From positions 1,253,491 through 1,285,490 of the forward strand of contig NZ_CP189974.1 of the NCBI RefSeq assembly GCF_051549785.1: 32,000 nucleotides of DNA, in the 5' to 3' direction. A program made the translations under genes and the position numbers. Of the stretch, positions 1-6,711 are shown piece by piece. The number at the start of each line of letters is the position of its first letter. Within the stretch, counting starts at the first letter, position 1. A model generated the notes under the pieces. The model saw nothing but the letters and a program-made list of their open reading frames with translations, was not told the origin of the DNA and did not search any database. The stretch is from Candidatus Caldatribacterium sp. SIUC1 (GTDB lineage: Bacteria > Atribacterota > Atribacteria > Atribacterales > Caldatribacteriaceae).

Positions 1-603
1 AGCGGTGGTGCTGTGCAACCCAACCAGGACGTCGTTTTTACCGGTCGGGGGCCGGCCAACGTCGAGATTCGAGTGTACCAGGGAGGAAGTCTCCTGGACA
101 CCACTTCAACCAGCGCTACAGGAGAGTTCACCTTTACCTGGAATTCGGGATCCACGGAAGGGACGTTTCTCCTCGAGTTTGCTGCCAAGGACCCGGTGCT
201 TGCGGAAAGCCCCAGGGTTTCCTTCACCCTGGTGGTTGATGGCACTCCACCTGAGCTGTCCAGCGTCACCGCCCGGGCCAGTACTCCTTCTGGTGGTACC
301 CCACCCAGGGTTACCGTGGTCTTCAGCGAACCCATTGTGGTGAACGATATGGTCCTTTTCACCCTTCCTCTGGGAGGGTTCTGGACGGTGAGCGTCACCG
401 GGTCGTCGGTGTTCATTCCCACGAGCATCCAGCTTGCCGCTGATAGAAAAACCGTGACCATCACCGGGAATGCCGTTTCTCAGCTTGTTGCTGGGGATAG
501 CATTATCGTGGGTTTTGCCCCTGCAGGTCCACTTGTGGTGACCGATGAGGCAGGAAACGCCTGCGTAAGCCCAACAGTAGTTTCGGGTACGGTTGCACCG
601 TGA
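1..603 (+). CDS. Secreted/cell-surface protein with Ig-like beta-sandwich character, C-terminal part; the 5' end lies outside the window
   Basis: Frame 1 is open from base 1 to TGA 601-603; the track ORF 13..603 only marks the first in-frame GTG. The sequence is T/S/V/G-rich and strand-like (..RVSFTLVVDGTPPELSSVTA.., ..RVTVVFSEPIVV.., ..KTVTITGNAV..), as in bacterial Ig-like surface domains. No specific family recognised. Confidence 0.5.
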   Translation, partial: SGGAVQPNQDVVFTGRGPANVEIRVYQGGSLLDTTSTSATGEFTFTWNSGSTEGTFLLEFAAKDPVLAESPRVSFTLVVDGTPPELSSVTARASTPSGGTPPRVTVVFSEPIVVNDMVLFTLPLGGFWTVSVTGSSVFIPTSIQLAADRKTVTITGNAVSQLVAGDSIIVGFAPAGPLVVTDEAGNACVSPTVVSGTVAP

Positions 604-610
604 CTTCCCA

Positions 611-627
611 GGGAGGTGTGACCTCCC
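611..627. terminator. Stem-loop between two convergent stop codons (putative bidirectional terminator)
   Basis: GGGAGGT (611-617), loop GTG, ACCTCCC (621-627): a perfect 7-bp GC-rich stem. It lies exactly between the TGA at 601-603 (+) and the stop of the minus ORF at 629-631. There is no strong U-tract on either side, so this is only a moderate call. Confidence 0.4.
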
Positions 628-628
628 C

Positions 629-862
629 TCAGCGTTTCTGTCCCCATTCTCCGCGCACGCAGCGGCAGAAACCGTGGAAGTTAGCGCACACCCCGCCCAT
701 GAGGGAAAAAAGGCCCCAGAAAAGCGGGCGGGCGAGAATGTGGGAGAGGACGGGGCGGGAAACAGGGAGAAGGTATACTCCCCAGGTGATGAGCAAGCAC
801 CCAAGGGTAATGCAGGTATGGCCAAAAAGAAGGAGAGCTGCTTGGTTTTTCGTCGCACCCAC
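629..862 (-). CDS. Small hypothetical membrane protein (77 aa, two predicted TM helices)
   Basis: GTG start at 862-860 is preceded on the minus strand by AGGAGGG (878-872) with a 9-nt spacer. It has two hydrophobic stretches (AALLLFGHTCITLGCLLITWGVYLL and LFWGLFSLMGGVCANF) and a basic C-terminus. The competing plus-strand ORFs here are low-complexity R/K/E/P-rich. The stop abuts the 611-627 hairpin. No family recognised. Confidence 0.45.
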   Translation of the reverse strand: MGATKNQAALLLFGHTCITLGCLLITWGVYLLPVSRPVLSHILARPLFWGLFSLMGGVCANFHGFCRCVRGEWGQKR

Positions 863-922
863 GGGACTTTTCCCTCCTTTTTGCCGGTATTGTAGAGGAA
901 AGAAAGGAAGGAGGGAAGACTG

Positions 923-2182
923 GTGAGAGGGAACTTCCGGTGGGATCAGGAAGTGCTTGCAGGAGTTGCCCTCTTTTTAGAGATTTTCCCTCTTCTCTTT
1001 GTGATTGCGGGGCTTCTTGAGGGTGCAGGAGTACCCTCTCCTCTTTTTGCGGTGATTCTCGTGTCTGCTTTTGGGACGCTCTGTTTCAGCCTCGTCATGG
1101 ACCTGCCCTTTGTGGTGATTCCAGGGCTCAACCTTGTGATGTTCTATGCTTTTGCTTTGTGTGGGGAACTGCGACTTCCCTGGAAGGTGGCCCTGGGGAC
1201 ATTTTTCCTTGGAAGCCTTGTAGCGTTTCTTGCCGCTTCCGTTCCGGGATGGAACCGCTTCTTCCACAGGCTCTCGCCCAACTTTCGTTTTGCCCTTTCG
1301 GGAAGCCTTGGTCTTCTGCTCCTTTTCCGGGGGCTTCTGGAATCGAGGATTCTCGTTCTCCAGGAGTCAGGGTGGTTTGGGTTTGGGGACCTCACCCATC
1401 CCCGGGTCCTGGCGGTGTTCCTCGGCCTTTTCGTGGTCTCAGTGGGATACGGTATCCGCCTGAAGGGGGCCACATGCTTTGGAGTGCTCGCCACGCTGGG
1501 TTTTTCTCTGTGGAGGGATTTATGGTCCTTCGGGATGGGGGGAAATCCTCCCACACTTTCTCCCTCCCTGCTGTTTGCCCTGGATGTTCCCAGAGCACTG
1601 CAGTATGGGACTGTCGGCCTTGCCGGTGTGGTTTCCGTGTTCGTCTTTTTTGAGACCTTTGGGTCCTTGGGCGGGTACCTCATGCGTTTGAGCACCCTTG
1701 GAGTGCAGGGGAATGTTACCAGGTTCTCCCGGGGGCTTCTTCTGGGTACCCTGATGGCCGTTTTCGGGCTCCTCTTTGGGGTCCCCGGGCTTTTTCCGGC
1801 GCCAGAAAGCGTCATCGGGATGGCGGAACGGGGACGACGAGGGCTTGCCGGAGTAGTGTGCGGGGTCTTCCTGCTTCTGAGCCTTTTCGCAGTGCCGTAT
1901 TGTTCCGGTCTTCCCTCCTTCTTTGCCGTTCCGGCCCTCTTTCTTGGGGGAATTTTCGCCCTGGAACCCTTAAGTCGCGTGGATTTTGTGGATGCGTCTG
2001 AGGGCATTCCCGCTGCTCTGCTCCTCGGAATGACTCTGGGGACTTTGTCTTTTGCAGGAGGGATGGCCTTTGGGATTCCGGGTCTTGCTCTCCTTGGACT
2101 TTCCCTGAAAAGGGGCCGGGGGATACATCCAGCAGCGTACCTCCTCTCGGCAGTACTGCTCTGGTGGCTTCTTGTCCGGTGA
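923..2182 (+). CDS. NCS2/AzgA-family purine (adenine/guanine/hypoxanthine) permease
   Basis: Polytopic membrane protein of 419 aa. The N-terminal block EVLAGVALFLEIFPLLFVIAGLLEGAGVP...LPFVVIPGLNLVMFYAFALCGELRLPWKVALGTFFLGS is collinear with E. coli AdeP/PurP-type permeases (EVIAGFTTFLTMVYIVFVNPQILG...LPVALAPAMGLNAFFAF..GLPWQVGMGAIFWG). GTG 923 is preceded by GGAAGGAGGG. Confidence 0.8.
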   Translation: MRGNFRWDQEVLAGVALFLEIFPLLFVIAGLLEGAGVPSPLFAVILVSAFGTLCFSLVMDLPFVVIPGLNLVMFYAFALCGELRLPWKVALGTFFLGSLVAFLAASVPGWNRFFHRLSPNFRFALSGSLGLLLLFRGLLESRILVLQESGWFGFGDLTHPRVLAVFLGLFVVSVGYGIRLKGATCFGVLATLGFSLWRDLWSFGMGGNPPTLSPSLLFALDVPRALQYGTVGLAGVVSVFVFFETFGSLGGYLMRLSTLGVQGNVTRFSRGLLLGTLMAVFGLLFGVPGLFPAPESVIGMAERGRRGLAGVVCGVFLLLSLFAVPYCSGLPSFFAVPALFLGGIFALEPLSRVDFVDASEGIPAALLLGMTLGTLSFAGGMAFGIPGLALLGLSLKRGRGIHPAAYLLSAVLLWWLLVR

Positions 2183-2230
2183 GGGCTGGGAGGAAATTCG
2201 CAGGAGTGTATTGCAAAGGGGGTGGGAAAT

Positions 2231-2239
2231 GACTATACT
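2231..2239 (+). promoter_or_regulatory. Possible -10 element (TATACT, TG two nt upstream) for the decarboxylase gene
   Basis: TATACT at 2234-2239 is preceded by TG at 2230-2231. If it is used, transcription starts downstream of ATG 2242, which supports ATG 2293 as the real start. No convincing -35 element. Confidence 0.3.
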
Positions 2240-2292
2240 TCATGCGGACCTCGCAGAGAGGTACTTCCTGGGAATCGGGTGATTGTGCATAC

Positions 2293-3447
2293 ATGGGAAA
2301 GAGATTGCGGGTTCTCGAAGAGCGGGCATTTCCACTGGGCGAAGAGCAGATTGAAGAGCTGACCAGCCAGTTTGGTACCCCTCTCCTCATCCTTTTGAGG
2401 GAACGCATTGTCAGGAACTACCGGGCGTTTCAGCGCTTCCTCCCGGGAGTGGAGGTTTTCTACGCGGTGAAAGCTAACCCTCACCCTTCGGTGGTTGGCC
2501 TTCTGGCTTCTTTGGGTTCTTCTTTCGATGTGGCCTCGCAACAGGAAATTGCCCTGGTGACGAGTTTTGGTGTCGCTCCGGAGCGGATGATTTTCGCCAA
2601 TACCGTTAAGCGCCGGGAGGGTATTCTCTACGCCCGGAGGGTTGGGGTTTCGCTCATGACGTACGACAACGAGGAGGAGCTGAAAAAGATTCAGCGGTAC
2701 TACCCCGAGGCGAGGCTTGTTCTTCGCCTGAAAACCCCTTCCAATGGGAGTCGCATCGACCTCTCGTACAAGTTCGGTGCCGAGCCGGAGGAGGCCCTAG
2801 AGCTCCTTTTGAGGGCTCAGGACATGGGGCTCGCCCCCGTGGGCTTGAGCTTCCATGTGGGGTCGCCCTGCCACAATCCTAAAACGTACGCCACGGCACT
2901 CCATATTGTGGAGGAGGTCCTTTTGAAGGCCCAGGCACGGGGTCTTTTCCTTACCCTCATCGATATCGGTGGGGGATTCCCTCTCTACACCTATTCGAGT
3001 GAGGGAGGGCCGGCGAGTCTTGAGATTGTGAGTGAAGTTGTGTATCCACTTCTTGAACCTTTTCTCTCCCGGGGTTTTCGGGTTATTGCAGAGCCAGGCC
3101 GGAGCATTGTGGGGAATGCAGGAGTACTCGTCACCCGGGTGATCGGGAAAGCGGTGCGTTCAGGGAGAATCTGGTACTACCTGGATGATGGGCTCTATGG
3201 AACCTTTTCGGCCATTCCCTTTGATAAGGCTCGCTTTTCCTTCTACGCTCTGAAAGAGAGTGACCAGGAAGTCCTCTGCACCCTTGCTGGGCCGACTTGT
3301 GATTCGCTGGATGTTGTGGCCGAGGACGTTACGCTTCCTCCTCTTGAGGTTGACGACCTTGTGGTGGTCCCGGATATCGGAGCGTACTCCTGGGCTTCGG
3401 CGACAACGTTCAACGGTTTCGACAAGCCCCAGGTGGTCATGGTGTAG
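2293..3447 (+). CDS. PLP-dependent group IV decarboxylase (ornithine/lysine decarboxylase type)
   Basis: Motifs: FYAVKANPHPSVV (PLP-binding Lys), FDVASQQE, SFHVGS, IDIGGGFP, AEPGRSIVG, AGPTCDSLD, GAYSWASATTFNGF. The protein is collinear along its whole length with bacterial Lys/Orn decarboxylases. The track ORF starts at ATG 2242. ATG 2293 gives the family-typical ~25 residues before the GTPLLIL strand. Confidence 0.85.
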   Translation: MGKRLRVLEERAFPLGEEQIEELTSQFGTPLLILLRERIVRNYRAFQRFLPGVEVFYAVKANPHPSVVGLLASLGSSFDVASQQEIALVTSFGVAPERMIFANTVKRREGILYARRVGVSLMTYDNEEELKKIQRYYPEARLVLRLKTPSNGSRIDLSYKFGAEPEEALELLLRAQDMGLAPVGLSFHVGSPCHNPKTYATALHIVEEVLLKAQARGLFLTLIDIGGGFPLYTYSSEGGPASLEIVSEVVYPLLEPFLSRGFRVIAEPGRSIVGNAGVLVTRVIGKAVRSGRIWYYLDDGLYGTFSAIPFDKARFSFYALKESDQEVLCTLAGPTCDSLDVVAEDVTLPPLEVDDLVVVPDIGAYSWASATTFNGFDKPQVVMV

Positions 3448-3458
3448 TGTGCTATAAT
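3445..3458 (+). promoter_or_regulatory. Extended -10 promoter element (TGcTATAAT) upstream of sufC
   Basis: tAGTGTGCTATAAT, with TATAAT at 3453-3458 and TG at 3450-3451. ATG 3478 lies 19 nt downstream, with GGAGG in between. The 13-mer AGTGTGCTATAAT recurs identically at 10594-10606. Confidence 0.45.
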
Positions 3459-3477
3459 GGGAAGGGGAGGTAAAGGC

Positions 3478-4209
3478 ATGCTCTACATCGAGCAGCTCAG
3501 GGTGGCCGTTGGCGATACGCTGATTCTCGATGGCGTGAACCTCGAGATCCAAGAAGGAGAAGTTCATGTCCTCCTTGGTCCCAATGGAGCGGGGAAAACG
3601 ACGCTCCTCATGGCCATCATGGGGATGCCAGGGTACAGGATTGTTGGAGGGCGGATCTTCTTCCAGGGGAAGGACATCACAAACCTCGATGTGGAAGAGC
3701 GAGCCAGAATGGGTATTGGCATGGCCTTTCAGAAAATGCCCACCATAAGCGGCATTACGCTGCGGACGCTTGGTCGCCTGGTGCTTGAAAAGCGAGGCTT
3801 GACCGATGCCCTCGAGGAGACGGCGTCGCGGGTAAACTGCCTCTACCTCCTTGATCGGGAGGTGGGTAAGGGCTTTTCCGGTGGAGAGATGAAGAGGGCC
3901 GAGCTTTTCCAGCTCCTTCTGCAGCGCCCTCTCTTCTCCATGGTGGACGAGCCGGAATCGGGGGTTGACCTGGACAGCATTGCCCTCGTGGGTCGGGCTC
4001 TCCGAGAACTCTTTGAGCGGGATCAGGTACGGACAAAAAAACGGTCTGGTCTCATCATCACCCACACGGGGTATATTCTTGAGTACCTCAATGCCGATCG
4101 GGGGCATGTGCTCATGAACGGCCGAATTGTTTGCAGCGGCAATCCCCGTGACCTTTTCGCCGACATCAAGGAACGAGGGTACCAGGAATGTGCGAGGTGC
4201 GAGCGATGA
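3478..4209 (+). CDS. sufC: Fe-S cluster assembly ATPase SufC
   Basis: Walker A GPNGAGKTTL, ABC signature FSGGEMKR, Walker B MVDEPESGVD, H-loop IITHTG; SufC-like over its full length. ATG 3478 is preceded by GGGGAGGT; the track ORF starts at ATG 3457, inside the putative promoter. Confidence 0.9.
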   Translation: MLYIEQLRVAVGDTLILDGVNLEIQEGEVHVLLGPNGAGKTTLLMAIMGMPGYRIVGGRIFFQGKDITNLDVEERARMGIGMAFQKMPTISGITLRTLGRLVLEKRGLTDALEETASRVNCLYLLDREVGKGFSGGEMKRAELFQLLLQRPLFSMVDEPESGVDLDSIALVGRALRELFERDQVRTKKRSGLIITHTGYILEYLNADRGHVLMNGRIVCSGNPRDLFADIKERGYQECARCER

Positions 4210-5450
4210 AGGTTCAGGAGGAGTACCTGCGAGACCTGAGGGAACGCGCGGAGAAGGCGCTGGCAAAAAGAGCCTCTCTGGGACCGGATATCGACCTCTC
4301 TCAGTTCTACCTCTGTTCCCCCCGGGAACGGGTTGAGGATGTCCGGGAGATTGAGGACCAGCTGAGAGAAGCAGCGCTCTACGCGGGGGTGGAGCTTGAG
4401 GGAGAGAAGGCCGCTACGTACCTCCAGGTGGACCGCTCAGCGGTGTACGAGCGGGTGCAGCGGGCGTTTCAGGGGAAGCTTGAGATTATGAGCTCTCAGG
4501 AGGCTCTGCGGAAGTACCCGGAGCTTTTAGAGTACTGGTGGGGTCTTGTTCCCGTCGATGCCGACAAGTACACGGCCTTTGCCGAGCTCTGCCCAACAGA
4601 GGGGTACTTCATCAGGGTGTTCGCCCACACAAAGGTAGAAATCCCCCTTCAAGCCTGCCTTTTGATGTCAGAAAGGGCACGGGTGCAGAGTGTCCACAAT
4701 ATCGTCATTCTTGAAGAAGGGGCTGAGGCAAATCTCATCACTGGGTGTGCCTCGGTGCGGGGAAACGAGAGCGGGGTCCATATCGGGGTGAGCGAGTTCT
4801 ACCTTGGGGATAACGCCCGCCTCACCTTCACCATGGTACACAACTGGGGAGAGGCCTTCCATGTCCGTCCCCGAACTGCGGCAAGACTGGGGAAGAACGC
4901 CTTTTTCAGCAGTACCTACGTACTTTTGAAGCCCTTGGCTTCCATTCAGGCTTTCCCTCAGGTTTTCCTTGAGGGCGAAGGAGCGCAAGCGACGTTTCAG
5001 AACATCGTCTTTGCCAAGGGGAACTCCTATATTGACCTTGGGTCCACCCTTCTTCTAAAGAACCAGGGTTGTCGGGGAAGCTCTATTTCCCGGGTGTGCG
5101 CAACAGACGAAGCGCAGGTTTTCGCCCGTGGCCGGCTCATTGCCTACCACGATGAGGTTCAGGCTCACCTGGAGTGCAAGGGTATGCTCTTTTCTCCCAG
5201 AGCCCAGATTGTCTCTGTGCCGGAGCTTGAGGTGTACGGAGCCCCCAGGGCCCGGCTGTCCCACGAGGCAGCGGTGGGTCCTTTTGAAGAGGAAGCGGTG
5301 AATTACCTCAGGGCAAGGGGATTGAAAAGGGAAGAAGCTCTGTCGCTGCTTACCCAGGGATTTCTGAACCTTGACCTTCCTGGTCTTCCTGAGGCGCTTC
5401 GGCGGTACATCGAGGAAATCATCCGGGTGACATCCCGGGATGTGTTATAG
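4206..5450 (+). CDS. Fe-S cluster assembly scaffold protein, SufB/SufD family
   Basis: C-terminal family signature LSHEAAVGPFEEEAVNYLRARGLKREEALSLLTQGF, plus beta-helix-like repeats (NLITGCASVRG.., HIGVSEFYLGDNARLTFTMVHNW). ATG 4206 overlaps the sufC stop (ATGA), with GAGGTG upstream. I cannot decide between SufB and SufD from sequence alone. Confidence 0.85.
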   Translation: MKVQEEYLRDLRERAEKALAKRASLGPDIDLSQFYLCSPRERVEDVREIEDQLREAALYAGVELEGEKAATYLQVDRSAVYERVQRAFQGKLEIMSSQEALRKYPELLEYWWGLVPVDADKYTAFAELCPTEGYFIRVFAHTKVEIPLQACLLMSERARVQSVHNIVILEEGAEANLITGCASVRGNESGVHIGVSEFYLGDNARLTFTMVHNWGEAFHVRPRTAARLGKNAFFSSTYVLLKPLASIQAFPQVFLEGEGAQATFQNIVFAKGNSYIDLGSTLLLKNQGCRGSSISRVCATDEAQVFARGRLIAYHDEVQAHLECKGMLFSPRAQIVSVPELEVYGAPRARLSHEAAVGPFEEEAVNYLRARGLKREEALSLLTQGFLNLDLPGLPEALRRYIEEIIRVTSRDVL

Positions 5451-5462
5451 GGGTGCAGGTGT

Positions 5463-5696
5463 TTGGCGGTTCAGGCGTATATCCTCATCCAGGTCCAGGC
5501 CGGAAAGGCTCAGGGAATCAAAAAGGAGCTGAGTCAGCTTCCGTATTTCCTCCGGGTTGACCGTATCATGGGACCTTTCGACCTCATTGCCCTTGTGGAA
5601 GTGGAGAGTAATCGGGAAATTGGGGAGGTTGTGCTCAAGGAAATTCAATCCATGAACGGAGTCAAAAGAACCCTGACGTGCCCGGTTATTCCCTAA
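5463..5696 (+). CDS. Stand-alone Lrp/AsnC-type ligand-binding (RAM) domain protein, no HTH
   Basis: 77 aa. AYILIQVQAGKAQGIKKELSQLP...DLIALVEVESNREIGEVVLKEIQSMNGVKRTLT matches the beta-alpha-beta-beta-alpha-beta RAM-domain pattern of the small AsnC-family proteins. The start is TTG. Confidence 0.7.
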   Translation: MAVQAYILIQVQAGKAQGIKKELSQLPYFLRVDRIMGPFDLIALVEVESNREIGEVVLKEIQSMNGVKRTLTCPVIP

Positions 5697-5701
5697 AGAC
5701 C

Positions 5702-6277
5702 ATGAAACCGAAAGGTCCTATCTCTCCCCGGGAAGAGGAAATTCTGTCCTTCATCACCCGTTACTGTCAGGAGCGGGGCTATCCTCCTACGGTTCGGGAG
5801 ATTGGAAAGGCAGTGGGTTTGCAATCGTCGTGCAGCGTCCATTACCACCTTCGGAAACTCGAGGCCAAGGGTTTCATTCGCCGGAAACCGGCAAAGCCCC
5901 GGGCCATTGAGCTGGTCTCCTCAAGCGAAGAGAGTCTCCCTTCAGAGGAAATCGTCTTCGTACCCCTTCTCCGTGGAGTGACCCAGGATCGGGAGGGAGT
6001 ATGTCTTGAGTTCACCCGCGCCTTTTTCCCTTTCCCCAGACACTTCGTCGGCGAAGGGGAGTACTTCGTCTTTCGGGTGCAGAATGGGGCGTTCAGCCGC
6101 TGGCACATCCTCGAGGGAGATTACCTCCTTGTGGAGCGGGGAGAGACCTTTGGAGATGGAGCGTTGCTTTTTCTCGTGAGTCAGGGGAGGGTGTTCCTGG
6201 AGCGGGATGACCTCTGGGAAGGAGAGGGTTCGGGGAACGTCATCGGGAGAGTCGTTGGGGTTTGGCGGAAGCTCTAA
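5702..6277 (+). CDS. lexA: LexA-family repressor homologue with a degenerate (predicted non-cleaving) S24 domain
   Basis: The N-terminal winged HTH is collinear with E. coli LexA (REEEILSFITRYCQERGYPPTVREIGKAVGLQSSCSVHYHLRKLEAKGFIRR). The C-terminal domain aligns without gaps across FRVQNGAFSRWHILEGDYLLV versus LRVSGMSMKDIGIMDGDLLAV. ATG 5702 is chosen because the track start 5678 overlaps the upstream gene. Confidence 0.8.
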   Translation: MKPKGPISPREEEILSFITRYCQERGYPPTVREIGKAVGLQSSCSVHYHLRKLEAKGFIRRKPAKPRAIELVSSSEESLPSEEIVFVPLLRGVTQDREGVCLEFTRAFFPFPRHFVGEGEYFVFRVQNGAFSRWHILEGDYLLVERGETFGDGALLFLVSQGRVFLERDDLWEGEGSGNVIGRVVGVWRKL

Positions 6278-6315
6278 AGGGGTGATGGGCTCTGGTCATC
6301 ACGGAAGAGATACGG

Positions 6316-6711
6316 GTGGAGACGAAAGGCCATACTGATATCGTTCCGCTGACGGAAGAGGTGGCGAAAGTCCTTGAGCGGTCCGGTCTTCGTGCGGGGA
6401 TTCTCTGTCTTTTTGTTCCTGGAACAACGGCAACCCTTACGACGACCGAGTTCGAGCCAGGACTCGTCAAGGACATCAGGGATTTCTGGGAGCGGGTTGC
6501 GCCGGTTTCTCATTTCTACGAGCATAACGCCCGCTGGCAGGATGGGAACGGGTACGCCCATGTGCGAGCCCAATCTTCCGGTCCGTCCCTTGTCCTACCC
6601 TTTGTGGACGGGAAGCTCCTCCTTGGGACATGGCAGGACATCGTCCTTGTGGACTTCGACAACCGTCCCCGCCTGCGAACCATCATCGTCCAGATCGTGG
6701 GGGAACCCTGA
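6316..6711 (+). CDS. YjbQ/UPF0047 family protein (secondary thiamine-phosphate synthase-like)
   Basis: Collinear with the YjbQ family: DIVPLTEEVAKVLERSGLRAGILCLFVPGTTATLTTTEFEPGL..D...W.....P......H......GN..AH......G.S..LP..DGKLLLGTWQ.I.L.DFD..PR.R...V...GE. The first canonical start is GTG 6316; the true start may be further upstream (see findings). Confidence 0.85.
   Translation: METKGHTDIVPLTEEVAKVLERSGLRAGILCLFVPGTTATLTTTEFEPGLVKDIRDFWERVAPVSHFYEHNARWQDGNGYAHVRAQSSGPSLVLPFVDGKLLLGTWQDIVLVDFDNRPRLRTIIVQIVGEP

Noticed and set aside
603-923. Possible purine riboswitch or other leader RNA upstream of the purine permease
   Set aside because: I looked for the conserved purine-riboswitch three-way-junction core (U-rich loops, ..UAUAAUCGCGUGGAUAUGGCACGCA..-like) on the plus strand and found nothing similar. 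This can only be fully excluded with a covariance-model search.
593-926. Plus-strand ORFs 593..895 (100 aa) and 600..926 (108 aa)
   Set aside because: They are highly basic, low-complexity translations without an RBS. The minus-strand 77-aa ORF with an RBS and two TM helices explains the region better.
2242-2292. ATG 2242 as the start of the decarboxylase
   Set aside because: It would add 17 poorly conserved residues and sits 2 nt after a TATACT box. ATG 2293 gives an N-terminal length matching homologues. The uncertainty remains and is flagged in the feature.
4315-4329. Inverted repeat GTTCCC-ccc-GGGAAC resembling a GAAC/GTTC-type SOS box
   Set aside because: It lies well inside the sufB/D coding sequence (encoding ..CSPRER..), far from any promoter. 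The half-site order and spacing do not match the Gram-positive CGAAC-N4-GTTCG LexA box, and the local LexA is atypical anyway.
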